Shown here one piece after another: positions 13,170 through 25,868 of a DNA stretch of 64,000 nucleotides. Below the pieces are notes generated by a model. It was not told where the DNA came from and did no database searches. It saw only the letters and a program-made list of their open reading frames with translations. The first letter of the stretch is position 1. Every line of letters starts with the position of its first letter. The stretch is from Hemiscyllium ocellatum (Eukaryota). A program made the position numbers and the translations under genes. The stretch is from positions 21,419,518-21,483,517 of the forward strand of contig NC_083408.1 in the NCBI RefSeq assembly GCF_020745735.1, written 5' to 3'.

Positions 13170-14790
13170 TCTAGAATGGTCACAGCGCTCTCCCCTTCAT
13201 CTTGGAGCAAAGGTGTGAACACTCCCCTCCTACCATTGCCCTCTTGCGCAGGGCCAAACTTGTCCTCACTCTGAGCAAATTCTCTTTTAAATCCACCCAC
13301 TTTCTTCAGATCAGACTATTGGCCGTGGGTACCAGTATGGGCCCAGTTATGTTTGACTCTTCGTGGATTAAGTGGAACATTACTTGTTCCAGTCCTATTC
13401 TGTTCCGTACCCACAACTCTTTCTCCAATATATCGATGGTATGTATCATCGATGCTGCCTACCGGTCTAGTCCGGGATTGGAATGGTTGATGTTTTTTTT
13501 TGCTTCCAATTTACACCCGGCCCACATTTTCACCGGGTCTATCTCTGAATCTCCACTTCTCTTCTTCGTCATTTCTGTTTCCATTTCATGGGATAGCCTG
13601 GCCACTAATATACAGAAAAAAAGCACAACGACTTCATAGTTATCTTTGGACACGTCATCCTCGAAACCTGCAGTGTGTAAAGAAACCATTGCATTCTGCC
13701 AGTTCATCTCGTTCCACACCATGTGTTCCAATCAGCCCAACTTCAAGAAGGGAGTCTCTGAAATGTCAATCTTCTTCCTTAACTGAGGACTCAGTAGCAC
13801 TCTTATTGACCCTGAACTGGGTCTGACCCATCTTCCGCACACTAAACCTCAAACGCTCTCTTTCCTCCCGCAAAAGCAATAGGGTTCTTTTTATCGATAC
13901 GAAGCAACCCACCTGCATCTAAATTCAGTAGATCATACGGTGCCATTTCTGCCATTTCTAGCGAGATGCCAGCACCAAAACCATATTCCCTTCCCCTCCA
14001 TTGTTCGCATTTCGCAGAAGTTGTTCCATCCGTGACACCCTGGTACATTTTTTTCTTGACTCCCAACATTTCCTACAGCCCAAATACATCTTTCCCTGTA
14101 ACCACCAGAGGAGTACTGTGCCTTTCCATATTATCTAAGGGTCAAAACATGTTTTCCAGGTAAAGCAGTGTTTTAACTTCACTTCACATAATCTCGTCTA
14201 CTGAATTCGCTGATCACAATGTGGTGTCCTTTACCCTGGGGAATCAAAATATAGACTGGGTTGACATCGAATTTCTGCCCACTGAAAGGACTACAAGCTT
14301 CCAACCGACTAACATTTTAACACACCACCCTGTTCTATGGCCAACATCTCTGCTGCAGTGTTCCAGCAAAGCTCAATGAAAGTTGACGAAACAAAAACTT
14401 CATTTACGCGTCAGGAATCTGCAGCACACCAGATCCAATGTCGAGTTCAATAATTTTTGGGCCTGAACACTCCCAAGTCCTAATTCTCAAATCCACACAG
14501 ATGGCCATGTTATCACATAGCCTGCAATGGAAACTACATAATGCTAGCCATCAACAGTGTCCGTTAACACATTTTAACACTCTCAGCTAGATAGTTATCC
14601 ATAATGTTATCTGTCCAACTGTTCTGCTTTCTTTGTCTTTGGTGTCCATATACACCTATTGATTACTCCTTACCCCTCCTCACCACTGTATCTTCTGCAA
14701 ATTAATCAAAATTTTCCTCACTACTGTCAGTTCTGAGAAAAGATCACCCTCAAACATTAACTCTGATTTATCTTCTGGAACCTCGCAGCA
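13170..14790 (+). mobile_element. Penelope-like element body: RT, GIY-YIG endonuclease and terminal repeat, decayed
   Basis: FSFKSTHFLQ...VGTSMGP and QYIDG (13426-13440, YIDD-derived) RT motifs; NLVY*IR*SQCGVLYPGES (about 14190-14245) GIY-YIG; decayed hammerhead-like end AGTTCTGAGAAAAGATCACCCTCAAACATTAACT at about 14729-14762. Confidence 0.88.
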
Positions 14791-14867
14791 TGGAAGGATT
14801 TCAGAGACTGGAGATCAGAGTCGAGATTGTGGTGCTGGAAAAGCACAGCAGGTCTGGCAGCATCCAA

Positions 14868-14868
<1 letters not shown>

Positions 14869-14910
<42 letters not shown>
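14869..14910. repeat. (TG)4(TA)17 microsatellite attached to a truncated PLE terminal repeat
   Basis: Direct inspection; immediately follows GTGGTGCTGGAAAAGCACAGCAGGTCTGGCAGCATCCAAG. Confidence 0.95.
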
Positions 14911-14913
<3 letters not shown>

Positions 14914-15559
14914 CAAAGACGCCTAGGTGTGGTACTGTTTTTGGGGGAAGTACCTTGCAACATTCTTTTTTACAAGGGAAGATTTGAACAAAATAGTAGG
15001 AATGAAACCATAATACATGATTGGGATTTTATGGCCCATATCCATCGCCTTGAAGTGAAGTGGTTGCAGAGAAAGAGTGGGCCTTGATTGAAATATTCTG
15101 GGGCTCAGCGGATTCAAGGAGGGTTGCAGATGATTTGGAAAATGGTCAAGTCATTGCCTTTTTAAAGAAAGAAGGGAAAGAGGAAGCAGCAAACATATGC
15201 CAGTTCACTTGATATCCTTTGTTCGAAAAATGCTTCAGTCCATTTATAAAGAAAACAACAGGACACATAATAAAACTTGATCATAAATCATAAAATTAAA
15301 TCTGATACATTTTTCAACAGTTTCATTTAGTAACAATACTTTATGAAGTCTGATGTTTGCAGAATAGCTAACGGCTTACATTGAAAGCAGAATTGATGTT
15401 TTAAACGCTTGGCTTTGAGACAGAAAATCATGGTTTTGCACACCAGTAATCTGTAGCGATCTGCGTCATTTATCTACATCAGTCGATTAATCTTTGCCTA
15501 TTGTCACTTTTATCTCCATTGTCTTCAAGAGAATACACTATTTACCCTCCCCCAAAGAA

Positions 15560-17035
15560 CAGTAAAGCCACTTAGTCTGTAAAAAAAAGAGAGTTCATGT
15601 ACATAGAACACTCGAGGTTGCCACCCAAATTGGTAGGTTTCCATTTTTAAGAAGGCCCATGGTCTTTTGGCATTCATAAACAGGGGATCGAGGTTTACTG
15701 CAGCTCTATAAAACACTAGTTAGATCACACTTGGAATGTCGTGCACAATTATAGTCGCCTCATTATAGGAAGGATGTAGATGCTTTAGAAAGGGTGCAGA
15801 TTTACCTGAACGCAGCCTGGGTTGGAGCTTTTGTCTTACGAGGAGAGGAGATGGTCCCAATACTGACACCTGCAGATCTCTGTTAGTCACTTCTACATTC
15901 TGATAAATGCATCTTCATCCCTAAACCCGGCCTCTTGCCAGTTTGCCAATATTCTGTGCATGTCAATCTCTTGCCTCGAACAGCATGGCATATTATCTTG
16001 CGCAATGGCCTCCTGTGTGGTAACTTAACAAATGCTTTCAGCAAATCGAAAATGATCATATCCACTGGCCCCTTAGTCTAACTTGTTTATCCCTCTACGA
16101 AGAATTCTAAGGGAATGATCAGACATGAGATTTGTCTTGTATTTAGGATGGGATTGCGGAGTTTTTGGAAGTGCATGCTAAAATACAGCTAAGTCAGATG
16201 GCTTCATCAGATAGAGTAGAAGTGTCATAGAATCCCACATGATCGGTATATGTCCTTTGGCTCTGACAATTCTGACCAAAATGTTCGTCAACTCGAACCC
16301 CATTTGTCTGCACGTGGCTCATTTCCTTTCAAAGCCTTCCGAATGATGTATTAGTCCAAATTACTTTTCAATGTTGTTAATGTACCTGCATCAAAAACTT
16401 CTGTGAGCAGCTGTTTCCATAGATGCAGGAACCTCTTTGTAACACAGTTACCCATCAGGTTCCCTTTTACTCTTTCCCCTCTATCCTTAAACCGAGGTCT
16501 TTAATTTTCAATTCTGAAACCCTGGGGAACAGTTTAAATGCATTGAACGCATCCACGCCACTCATGAACGTATGCACTTCTATCAGAGACTCCTCAGTAC
16601 ACTGGACTTTGCAGAAAGGAGTTCGAGCTTGTCCAAACTCTTTTCATAAATTAAACCATTGAATGCAGGAAACATCCTTCTACATATATTCTGCCCTGCT
16701 CCAGTTTAATGACATCCTTCATTTAACAAGGTGACCTCAACGGAACACAGTATCTCAGTGCAGCCTCACCGACACCCTGAACAACTGCAAACTAACTTTC
16801 CAACCTCTACACTCAGTGTTCTGCTAGATGAAGGCTAGTGTGCCAAAAACCTTCTCCACTGCCTTATTTACCTATGACTCCATTTTTAGCGAACCTGAAA
16901 TCCAAGATCTCTCCAATTCAAAATCCTTACAACGCTAACTTTCAACATTAAACTCCTTGATGGGACTTCTAAAAATGCGATTTTATACACTCATCTATAT
17001 TAAAGTCCACTTGTCATTTGTTGGCACCATGTCCC
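15560..17035. mobile_element. Cluster of CR1 fragments in both orientations
   Basis: Plus-strand LVRSHLECRAQL...KDVDALERVQ remnant near 15710-15800; minus-strand DLLKAFVKLPHRR ORF 15883-16065; further minus 3' fragments 16230-17035. Confidence 0.65.
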
Positions 17036-17039
17036 TGCT

Positions 17040-17220
17040 GAGAGAAACTGAGGACTGCAGATGCAGGAGATCAGAGCTGAAAATGTGTTGCTGGAAAAGA
17101 ACAGCAGGACAGGCAGCGTCCAAAATCCAATCCTGAAGAAGGGCCTATGCCCGAAATGTGATTCTCCTGCTCCTTGGATGCTGCCTGACCTGCTGCACAT
17201 TTCCAGCATCACATTTTCAA
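17040..17220. mobile_element. Inverted (tail-to-tail) PLE terminal repeat pair forming a hairpin
   Basis: Arm 17079-17123 GAAAATGTGTTGCTGGAAAAGAACAGCAGGACAGGCAGCGTCCAA is the approximate reverse complement of 17174-17218. Confidence 0.8.
17129..17163 (+). ncRNA. Minimal type I hammerhead ribozyme motif, family A, near-intact
   Basis: AATC-CTGAAGA-A-GGGC-CTAT-GCCC-GAAA-TGT-GATT: core CUGANGA and GAAA, 4 bp stem II, stem I AATC/GATT; stem III damaged (ACGTC changed to ATGT). Confidence 0.65.
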
Positions 17221-19480
17221 TTATGTCCCTGCTGATCAAGGTCCTGCTGCAAGTGCTGATAAACGTGTTCACTCTTCGTGATTCCACCTATTTTAACGTC
17301 ATGGGCAAACTTATCATTCATGCCTTCTACATTCGTATTCAAATGATTGATATAGATAAAAAAAACAATAATGGAGCCAGCACAGACCCTGGCGTCTCAG
17401 ACCTCCAGCCTGACAAGCATCCTTCCATTATTTCACTCTGCCTCTTACCATTAAGCCAACCTTGTATCAGATTTGACAGTTCCCATTGGATTCCATGCAA
17501 ACTAAACTTCCACAACAGCCTGTCACATAGAACCGCATCAAGGGCCTTACTAAAATCCATATAGACGACCTCTACTGCGCTGCCCTCGCGAGCCTTCCTA
17601 GTCACTTCATCAAAACTTCGAAAAACTTGTAACTGCTCCAGATTTGATGCTCCTGCAGCCACGTCTCTGTGATCCCCAAGACATTTTTCCATTCAAGTTC
17701 AATCTGAGCTTCAAGCTTATTTACCTTGTTGCATGTGTTGCATTCATTTTATATGCAACACAGTCAATCTTATGTTAACTGACCCCCCTTATCCCTGCTC
17801 ATCTCTCCCACTCATAACACTACCCTGAGCACTCCTAATAAAACCCTGTCCTTCCAAATGCACGCATATCGTATGCCTCAGAATCTTCTCAATTAACTTA
17901 GCTACCATAGCTGCGAAATTTACTGGTGTCTAGTTTCCAGGCATTTCTTTGCACAGCATTCGGTACCCTAAAGTCTTCTGAGACCTTACCCGTGGCTAAA
18001 GTTGTTCGAAAATATTAGCCAAGGCCCGCGCAGTTAAATCTCTAATCTCTTGCGGTGCTCTCGAATATATTTGATCAGGACCAGGAGATTTATCCATCTT
18101 CATACATTCTTTTACATCCAACACCTCCTTTTCTGTGATATGAACTGCTCCCAAGACATCATCACTCACTTGTTCAAGTTCATCTTCATGGTAAACACAG
18201 AGGAAAATAGTTAATTTGGACTCTTGCCTTTCTGCTGCTCTACACATACATGTCCACTTTGATCCTTGAGTAGCCCTATTCGTTCACTAGTTATTATTTT
18301 CCCTTCAATATACGTAAATAACCTGTTTGGACTCTCTGAAATCTTCGCAGCCAAGGCAATCTCGTGCCCCCTTTTACCTCTCCTGATCCCTCCTTCAGTA
18401 AACTACTGCATTCTCTGTATACTGCTCGGAATTCTCTTGATTTCAACTGGCTGTACGTGAGCCTTATTTTCTTGTTTTTCCTGGGCTCAAATTCTAAGCA
18501 TTGCTCGTGCTCAACTGAACCAGCCTATATTTCCCATCTTCTCTCTCCCTCCCTCCATAAACGCGATGTTACATTATCCAAATAAGAAGTCCGCTCACTG
18601 TCCCCTCAGTATCTGCTTTATTTCTTGGGATGAATTCTGCTCTGTTCACCAAATTGCCCCCAGAAACTCCAACCATTGCTACTCCAGCACTTTCGTTGCT
18701 CATCGCTCCTTCCATTCAACTCTGACCAGCTCCTCTGACATGTCTTTGTCACTCCGTTTAGCCAACGGTGCAATTAGATCTTACTCCTGTCAAACTGCAG
18801 AGTGATATCGACCATAATATGGTCATTGCCCTCAAGGGGCTCCTGCATGCTGAGGCCCCTAATCAAGTTTGCCTCATTACACGTCACAACTCCGGAATTG
18901 TGTTCTCCCAAATAAATCACGCACAAACTGGTCCCAAAACAAATCGCATGCATTCCACAAATTCCTTTCCCTGGGATTCACTACCAACCTGATTTTCCTA
19001 GCCCACCTGCATAGTAAATGCTCCGTGATTATTGTAATAGTGCCTTTCCTACATGGCTTTCTTTCTCCTGATAAATTTTCTGTCTCATGTTATGACTATT
19101 GGTACGAGGCCTGCATACACCTTCCCACCAATTCCTCTTTTTTTTCACTTTGTGGTTCCTCAACCTGCCCACCTGGGTTCTACGTCTTTGGACCATGTAT
19201 GACTTCTTGCTATTGATGTAATTTTCCTCTCTATTAATAAGGTATCCCTGCCTGCTCTGCCCATTCAAAAAGTGATACATTCTTGGACATTTAATTCTTA
19301 GCTCTGATGCTCCTGCAGCCAAGTCTCTGTGATACACAAAAGCTGTTTACCATTCAAGTTCGGTCATAGCTTCACTCATTTTCAAGGTTCCCTGTGCTGC
19401 ATGCATTTTAGGAGCAGCACAGTCAATCTTGTGTTGACCGTCTCCTTTCTTATTCTTGTCCCCTACATCCTGTGCGAGAA
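17215..19480 (-). mobile_element. CR1 LINE fragments (RT and tether region)
   Basis: ORF 17339-17692 (-) VEVVYMDFSKALDAV...ETPGSVLAPLLF; ORF 17996-18247 (-) DKSPGPDQIYSR. Confidence 0.85.
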
Positions 19481-19520
19481 GTTAGATTACTGATTTTCTC
19501 CATACTCTCTCTCACTTTAC

Positions 19521-19803
19521 TTAGATTAGATTAGATTACTTACAGTGTGGAAACAGGCCCTTCGGCCAACAAGTCCACACCGACCCTCCGAAAAGCAACC
19601 CACCCAGGCCCATTCCCCTACACCAAATACTAAGGGCAATTTAGCATGGCCAATTCGCCTAACCTGCACATTTTTGGACCGTGGAAGGAAATCACGAGGA
19701 GAATGTGCAAAGTCCACACAGACAGTTGCCTGAGGCGGGAATTGAAGCCAGGTCTCTGACGCTGTCAGGCCACAGTGCAAACCATTGTGCCACCATGCCG
19801 CCA
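19521..19803 (-). mobile_element. HE1 SINE with internal deletion
   Basis: Reverse complement begins GTGGCGGCATGGTGGCACAATGG (tRNA-like head) and ends GGGCCTGTTTCCACACTGTAAGTAATCTAATCTAATCTAA. Confidence 0.92.
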
Positions 19804-19989
19804 CTTGTTCTACCGACTTTAAAAACTTTGCCTGAGCCCTACTCCTTTCAACTAGATTCTAGTCTTCGAGTCCACACTGTTTAATCCTTTCTTCTTAGGT
19901 GCTGGTCGCAGTACAATTCCGGTGGAACCCATCCCAACAGTCAACTTCCTTCCTGTCCCGGTACTGTTGACATTGCTCCACGAAATTAC

Positions 19990-21290
19990 CGAAGGGATTT
20001 ACTGAAGAAGAAATGAGAAGGGCGAAAATCGGGCATGAGACAGCCTTGGCTAAGAAGGTTGTGAATCAAAACAGAGTCTTTCAATATATAAGAGGTAAAA
20101 GTATAACGAGAGAGAATAAGAACCTTCAAGGACGAAAGTTGGTATGTCAGTTTAGAATGGAAGAACATGCATGAGATCCTTAATGAATTTTCTCCACTTT
20201 GTTCTCTACGGTGGAAGACATGAAAACTTAGAAACTTGGGGAGGATAGTGGTGATCTTTGTGACGATCAATATCACAGTAGAGAATTTATTAGAATGTAT
20301 GAAGGCGGATTATTCTCCTCGTTCTCACCTGACACATCCTGGAACACTGCAAGTATCGGGAGAAAACAATCGTGGGCCTTGGCTGATACCATAGCAACAT
20401 CGTTAGCCATGGGTGAGATCCTAGAAGACTGGAGGGTTTGACAATATTGTGCCCGTATACAAGAAGGGCTGAAATGAAACATCTGGGAACCACAGACTAG
20501 TTAACCTAGCATCTGAAGTTGGGCAAGTTACTGGAGAAGATTCTGAAAAATAAGCTATGCTGCATTTCGAAAGTCAGGATTTGGTAAGGAATAGTCAGCA
20601 TGGCTTTATGCGTGCGAGATTATGCCTCATAAAATTTGTTAGAGTTCTCTAATGAAGTGACCAGGAGAGTTGACGATGGCAGAGTGGTAGACATTGTCTA
20701 CATGAATTTCAGTAAGGCCATTGATAAGGTTCCACATTGTTCAATGCTTTGGATGTTCAGATCACATGGAATCCAGGGGGTGCTGGCAAACTGGATAAAC
20801 AGTTGGCTTGTTGGTTGGAAGTAGATGGTAAACGTGGATGGCTTGTCCCTTAAGGAGTGTCTCAAAGGTTGGTGCTGTAACAATTTTAGTTTATTTTCTA
20901 TATCAATGATTTGGATGGCAGGGTACAAGTCACGATTAATCAGTTTGCAGCTAACATTAAATTAGGAGTTATTACCAAGACTGAGGAAAGTGATCAGAAA
21001 TTCTAGCAGGACGTTGATCAGATGGGGAAATTGGTTGAGAAAGGACAAATGGAGTTTAGTATAGGTAAGTTTGAGGACGCACATTTTAGAAGGTCAAATC
21101 AAGGCAGATATTTTACTTTGAATGGTAGAACGTTAAGGCATGTAGTGAAACAGAGGGACCGTGGAGGTCAGGTGTACTGTGTCGTAAAGTGGAGATGTGG
21201 ATAGACAGGGCAGCAAAGAATGCTTTTGGCACACTGGCCCTCATCTGTCATGACATTGAATATAGTTGTTGGGAAATTATGTGGCAGTTC
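19990..21290 (+). mobile_element. CR1 LINE RT region, decayed
   Basis: ORF 20636-20824 VVDIVYMNFSKAIDKVPH; homologous to other CR1 copies in the window. Confidence 0.85.
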
Positions 21291-21292
21291 GA

Positions 21293-24200
21293 GGGGTGAG
21301 GCGATGGTCAAATGGTATTATCATTTTACGTTAAGCCAGAGACCTAGAATAATTTTCTGGAGATCAGGGTTCGAATCCTGACAGGGCAGATGGTGAAATT
21401 TGAAATCAAGTAACAAACTGGTATTAAGGTACGACTGATAACCAAAGACTATTATCAATTATCAGAAAAACTTCTCTGATTCACTGAAGAAATCAGCCAT
21501 CGTTAACTTGTCTGACTACATGTCACTGCAGAGCCACAGTAATGTGGTTGACTCTGAACTGCCCACTGAAATGGCCTGTCAAGTCATTCAGACTGCAACA
21601 ATCTCTCGGAAGCCACAACAAAGAAATAAAGTCAGAAGGACCACATGGCGTCAACCTTGCAACTGGAAAATACATAATCATAAACAGTTCTGTCGACCAT
21701 GCAAAGGCCACCTTACCACATCTGGGGGATAGTGCCCAACTTGTGAGAGGTATCTCACAGATTAGTCACTCATTCTTGCTGAATAATACATTACAGATGA
21801 CATCCCAGGCACCATGATTACCATTCCTGCATGTGTCCTGACCAACTAATAGGACAGACCCAACAGAGGAGGCGGCACAGAGGTAAACAGCCAACAGGGC
21901 GTTGCCCTGGTAGACGTTGACATCGACTCCAGATGCCATGAAGTCTCAGGCATCAGGATAAATATGGACAAATAAACCTGAACCTGGTTATTACATACCA
22001 TCCTCCTTCGGCTGCGGAATCAGTACTCCAAGTTGAAGAACACTTGGAGGAAGCACTGAGGGTGGAAAGAGAACAAAATATAGTCTAGGAGGGAGATTTC
22101 AATGTCCATCACTAACAGTGGCTCAGCAAGACCAGCATTACTGATCGAACCGGTCGGATCCTGAAGGAGGCAAATGGTTCTGTGGCAGGTGGTGAAGGAA
22201 CCAACTAGAGGAAAAAGAACATTCTTGACCTAATTCTTACTAATCTGCCGGCTTCAGAAGCATTTGTCCTGTACAGTATTAGAAAACGTGACCACTGCAC
22301 TGTCCTTGTGGAGACAAAGTCCCACATTCATAATGATAAATAATTTGCATTACGTTGTGTTAGACTATCACAGTGCTAAATGGGACAGACCCAGAACTAA
22401 TCTAGCAGCTCAAAACTGGGAACTCATGAGGCGCTGTGGGCCATAAACAGCAGCAGAACTGTGCTCCAGCACAATCTGAATCCTCATCGTCCGACAGATC
22501 CCCCGCTCAACCATTACCATCAAGCCAGGGGATCAACCCTGGTTCAAAGGAGAACGCAGAAGGTCATGGCGAGACCAGCAACTGGCATATCTAAAAATGA
22601 GATGTAAACCTAGTGAAGCTACCAACTACGACTACTTGCATGCCAAACGGCATAAACAGCAAGTGATAAACAGATCTAAGTGATCCCACAACAAACGGAT
22701 CAGAGCTAAGCTCTGCAGTCCTTCCACATCCAGTCTGAAATGGTGGTGGACGATGAGGCTACACACTGGAGGAGCAGGCTCCACAAATATCCCAATCCTC
22801 AATGAAAGAGGACCCCAGCATATCAGTGCAAAAGATAAGGTTAATTCAGTTGCACCAATCTTCAGTCAAAAGTGTCGAGTGGATCATCCATTTCTTCTGG
22901 AGTCGAATATCACGGCTATCAGTGTTAAAGCAATTCGATTCACTCCACGAGCTATCAAAAACCGGCTGGAAAGGTAATGGGCCCTGAGAACATACCGGGA
23001 ATATTACTGAAGATGTGTGCTCCAGAAATTGCCACTCCCTGATCCAATCTCTTCCAGTACAGATACACCACTGGCATCTTCCCGAAAATGTATGTCATGT
23101 GCACAAAACGCAGGAAAAACTTTACCCGCCATCTTATACTCATCCCCCGTCCTCAATCAGCCTACGGTCAATCATCAAGAAAGGTGATGGAAAGGGTCAT
23201 CAACAGTGCTGTCAAGCAGCAGCTGCTCAGGAAGAATCTGTTCAGTGACGCCCAATTTGGGTCTAGCCAGTATCACTCAGCTCCTGATCTCATTACAAGC
23301 TTGGTTTAAACATGGACAAAACAGCGGAATTCCAGAGGTGAAGTGAAAGTAATATCCCTTGACTTCAATGCCGCAATTAACTAAGAATGACATTAATAGA
23401 CCTTGGCAAAACTGGAATCAATAGGTATCTGTGGGAAAAACTCAGCTGGTTTTAGTCATCCCTGGCACAAAGGAAAATGGTTGTGGTTCTGGAAGGTCAG
23501 TCTTCTCTGCAGGAGTCCCTCAGGGTGGTGACTGAGGTGCAGCAAACTTCATCCACTTCATCAATGTCCTTCTCTCTGTCATAAGTTCAAAACTGGGAAT
23601 GATTGCCAAATAATGCACAGTATTCAGCACAATTTGCGACACCTGAGATACTGAGGCAGTCCAAGACCAAATGCAACAGGATCTGGACAATATCCAGGCT
23701 GGAGTGACAAGTGGCGAGTAATATTTGTTCTACTCGAATTCCAGACAATGACCATCACCAGTTAAAGACACTTGAACTACCATCCATTTTCATTCAACTG
23801 TATTATGCTCACTGAGTTCCCCACTGGCAACATCCTTGGAGTTACCAAAAATCAGAAACCTAACTGGATTCGCAGCATAAACAGTGTCTACAAGAGCAAG
23901 TCAAAAACTAGGATACTGCGACGAGCAACACACCTCCTGAAAACTCAAAGTTTTTCCATCATCTGCAAGGCACAAGTCAGGAGTGCTACAGAATACTCTC
24001 CACTTGCCTGGATGGTTGCAGAGCGAACTACTCTTAAGAACCTTGATAACATCCAGGACAAAATAACCCATTTGATTGGCACCACGTCTATAAACTTTCA
24101 GTCCATCCACAACCAGTGCTCAGTAGTAGCAATATGAACTATCCATAAGATGCATAGCAAAAATTCATCAAGCATCGAAGTCAGCACCTTCCAAACCCAC

Positions 24201-24425
24201 GACCACTTGCACGTGGAAGGACAGCAGCAGAATGTATTTGTGTAACACCACCACCTACAAGTTCCCCTCCAAGCCATTCACCAAGCTGACTTGGAAAAAT
24301 ACCGGTACTCTGTCACAGCTGTTGGTTCAAAATCCTGGAATTCCCTCCTTACTACCATTATTGGTCATCTCACAGCAAGTGGACTGCAACTATTCAAGAA
24401 GGCAACGCACCACCACCTTCTCAAG
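21293..24425 (+). mobile_element. ORF2-only CR1/L2-group LINE with tRNA-like Pol III head and DeuSINE-like 5' body, decayed
   Basis: A-box-like TGGTCAAATGG (21305-21315) and B box GGTTCGAATCC (21368-21378); body ...GCCACAGTAATGTGGTTGACTCTGAACTGCCC; APE motifs DRPNRGGG (about 21855) and GDFNVHH (22092); RT GVPQG (about 23513); 3' tail shared with 2440-2720. Confidence 0.8.
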
Positions 24426-24519
24426 TTCACCTTCTTAAGGCCAGAAGGCAAGGAAAATGTTGGTTTTGAGTGAGTCTATTTCAACGTAGATGAACCTGCA
24501 GAATGAGTTGATACTTGGG

Positions 24520-25230
24520 ACTTCGATATTGTGGCCACTTCCGGGACCAGGATGGAGCAGGTTAGAGGAATGATTGTTGCAGTTTCGGCGTTTAGACGTT
24601 TCATGGAGAACAGGGAAGTTGGGAAAAGAGGGGGAGGTTTGGCATTGTTAGTCAAAGGCAATATTACATGAGGACGTTTCAGGACGCATCTGCTGAGATC
24701 GCATGAGCTGAGGTGAGAAATAGGAAAGGTAAGTTCACCCTTTTGGGATTTTCTATGGCCTCCGATTAGTTCCAGCAATGTAGAAGGAAGGATAACATAA
24801 ATGATTTCGGATAGGACCGAGAGTAACAGGGTAGTTGTTATGGCAGGTTGTAACTTTCCTTTTATTGACTGAAAATATTGTAGTTCGAGTACTTTCCTGG
24901 GGCTAGGTTTAGTCCATTCTGTGCAGGACGGTTTTTTGACATAGTTTGTATATAAAACAACAAGGATCGAGGCCACATTAGTTTCGGCACTTTGTAATGA
25001 ATCAGGCTGGATATTAAAATTAGAAGTAGGTGAGCACTTTTGTGGCAATGACCACAGCTAGGTTACGTTTACTTTAGCAATGGAAAGTTATAGGTATACA
25101 TGAGAGGACAAGATTTAGAGCTGGGGTAAAGAAAATTATGTTGCCATTATGGAAGATTTAGGAAGCATAAAATGGACAACGAAACTTCAGGGGATAAATA
25201 CAATCGAAATGTGGAGCTTATTCAAGGAAC
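24520..25230 (+). mobile_element. CR1 endonuclease fragment
   Basis: GAAAAGAGGGGGAGGTTTGGCATTG (KRGGGLA), LLGFSMAS (LLGxFYRPP-derived), GNDHS remnants. Confidence 0.75.
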
Positions 25231-25350
25231 AGCAACAGCATTCTTTGGGACATTGTATAACAGAGACTCTCCAGAGTATTTTGTAACTAATATTATTTCT
25301 GAATGGCCGGATGATAATTAGTTGAATGAAAGAATAGATCCTGAGTGAAG

Positions 25351-25402
25351 AGTTCCCATTCCAAGGAGAAGTGGACAGTTCCCATTCGAAGGAGAAGTGG
25401 AC
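25351..25402. repeat. 26 bp tandem duplication
   Basis: AGTTCCCATTCCAAGGAGAAGTGGAC followed by AGTTCCCATTCGAAGGAGAAGTGGAC (1 mismatch). Confidence 0.95.
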
Positions 25403-25868
25403 ACTGTTTCCAAATGCCCTCAGGTCGGAAAAGGGGTGAGTAAGTTTTCCATGCGTTTCCATTTCATCGATCATAACTTGGACGAAAAGGCATAAATTTC
25501 CAAATTCTGTCTTTATTGTACTGGGAGAGAATCTTTCAGGAGTGCAATGTTTGCATCCGCCGTGTTAGGAACTGTGAAAAAAGTGTCCTGTGTTGTCATC
25601 GACTGTTTGAGTGTGTGGGAACATTTACAAATTAACTGGATGAATAACTATGGATGCTTATCTGTTCATCTGGGGTTGGAGGGTTTCGCTTGCTGTACAA
25701 AATATCCTTGTGTATAATTCAGAACTTACCATTTGTTATTTCAGTTCCAAGTCATTTAATAAATCTCTGTATAGATTGATACATTTGATAATCTCAATAG
25801 ATCTTCAATCATTTGTTAATTTTGCCTCCCAAACGGATATGTAATTTGCTTGTTTGCCTTCCTCGCAG

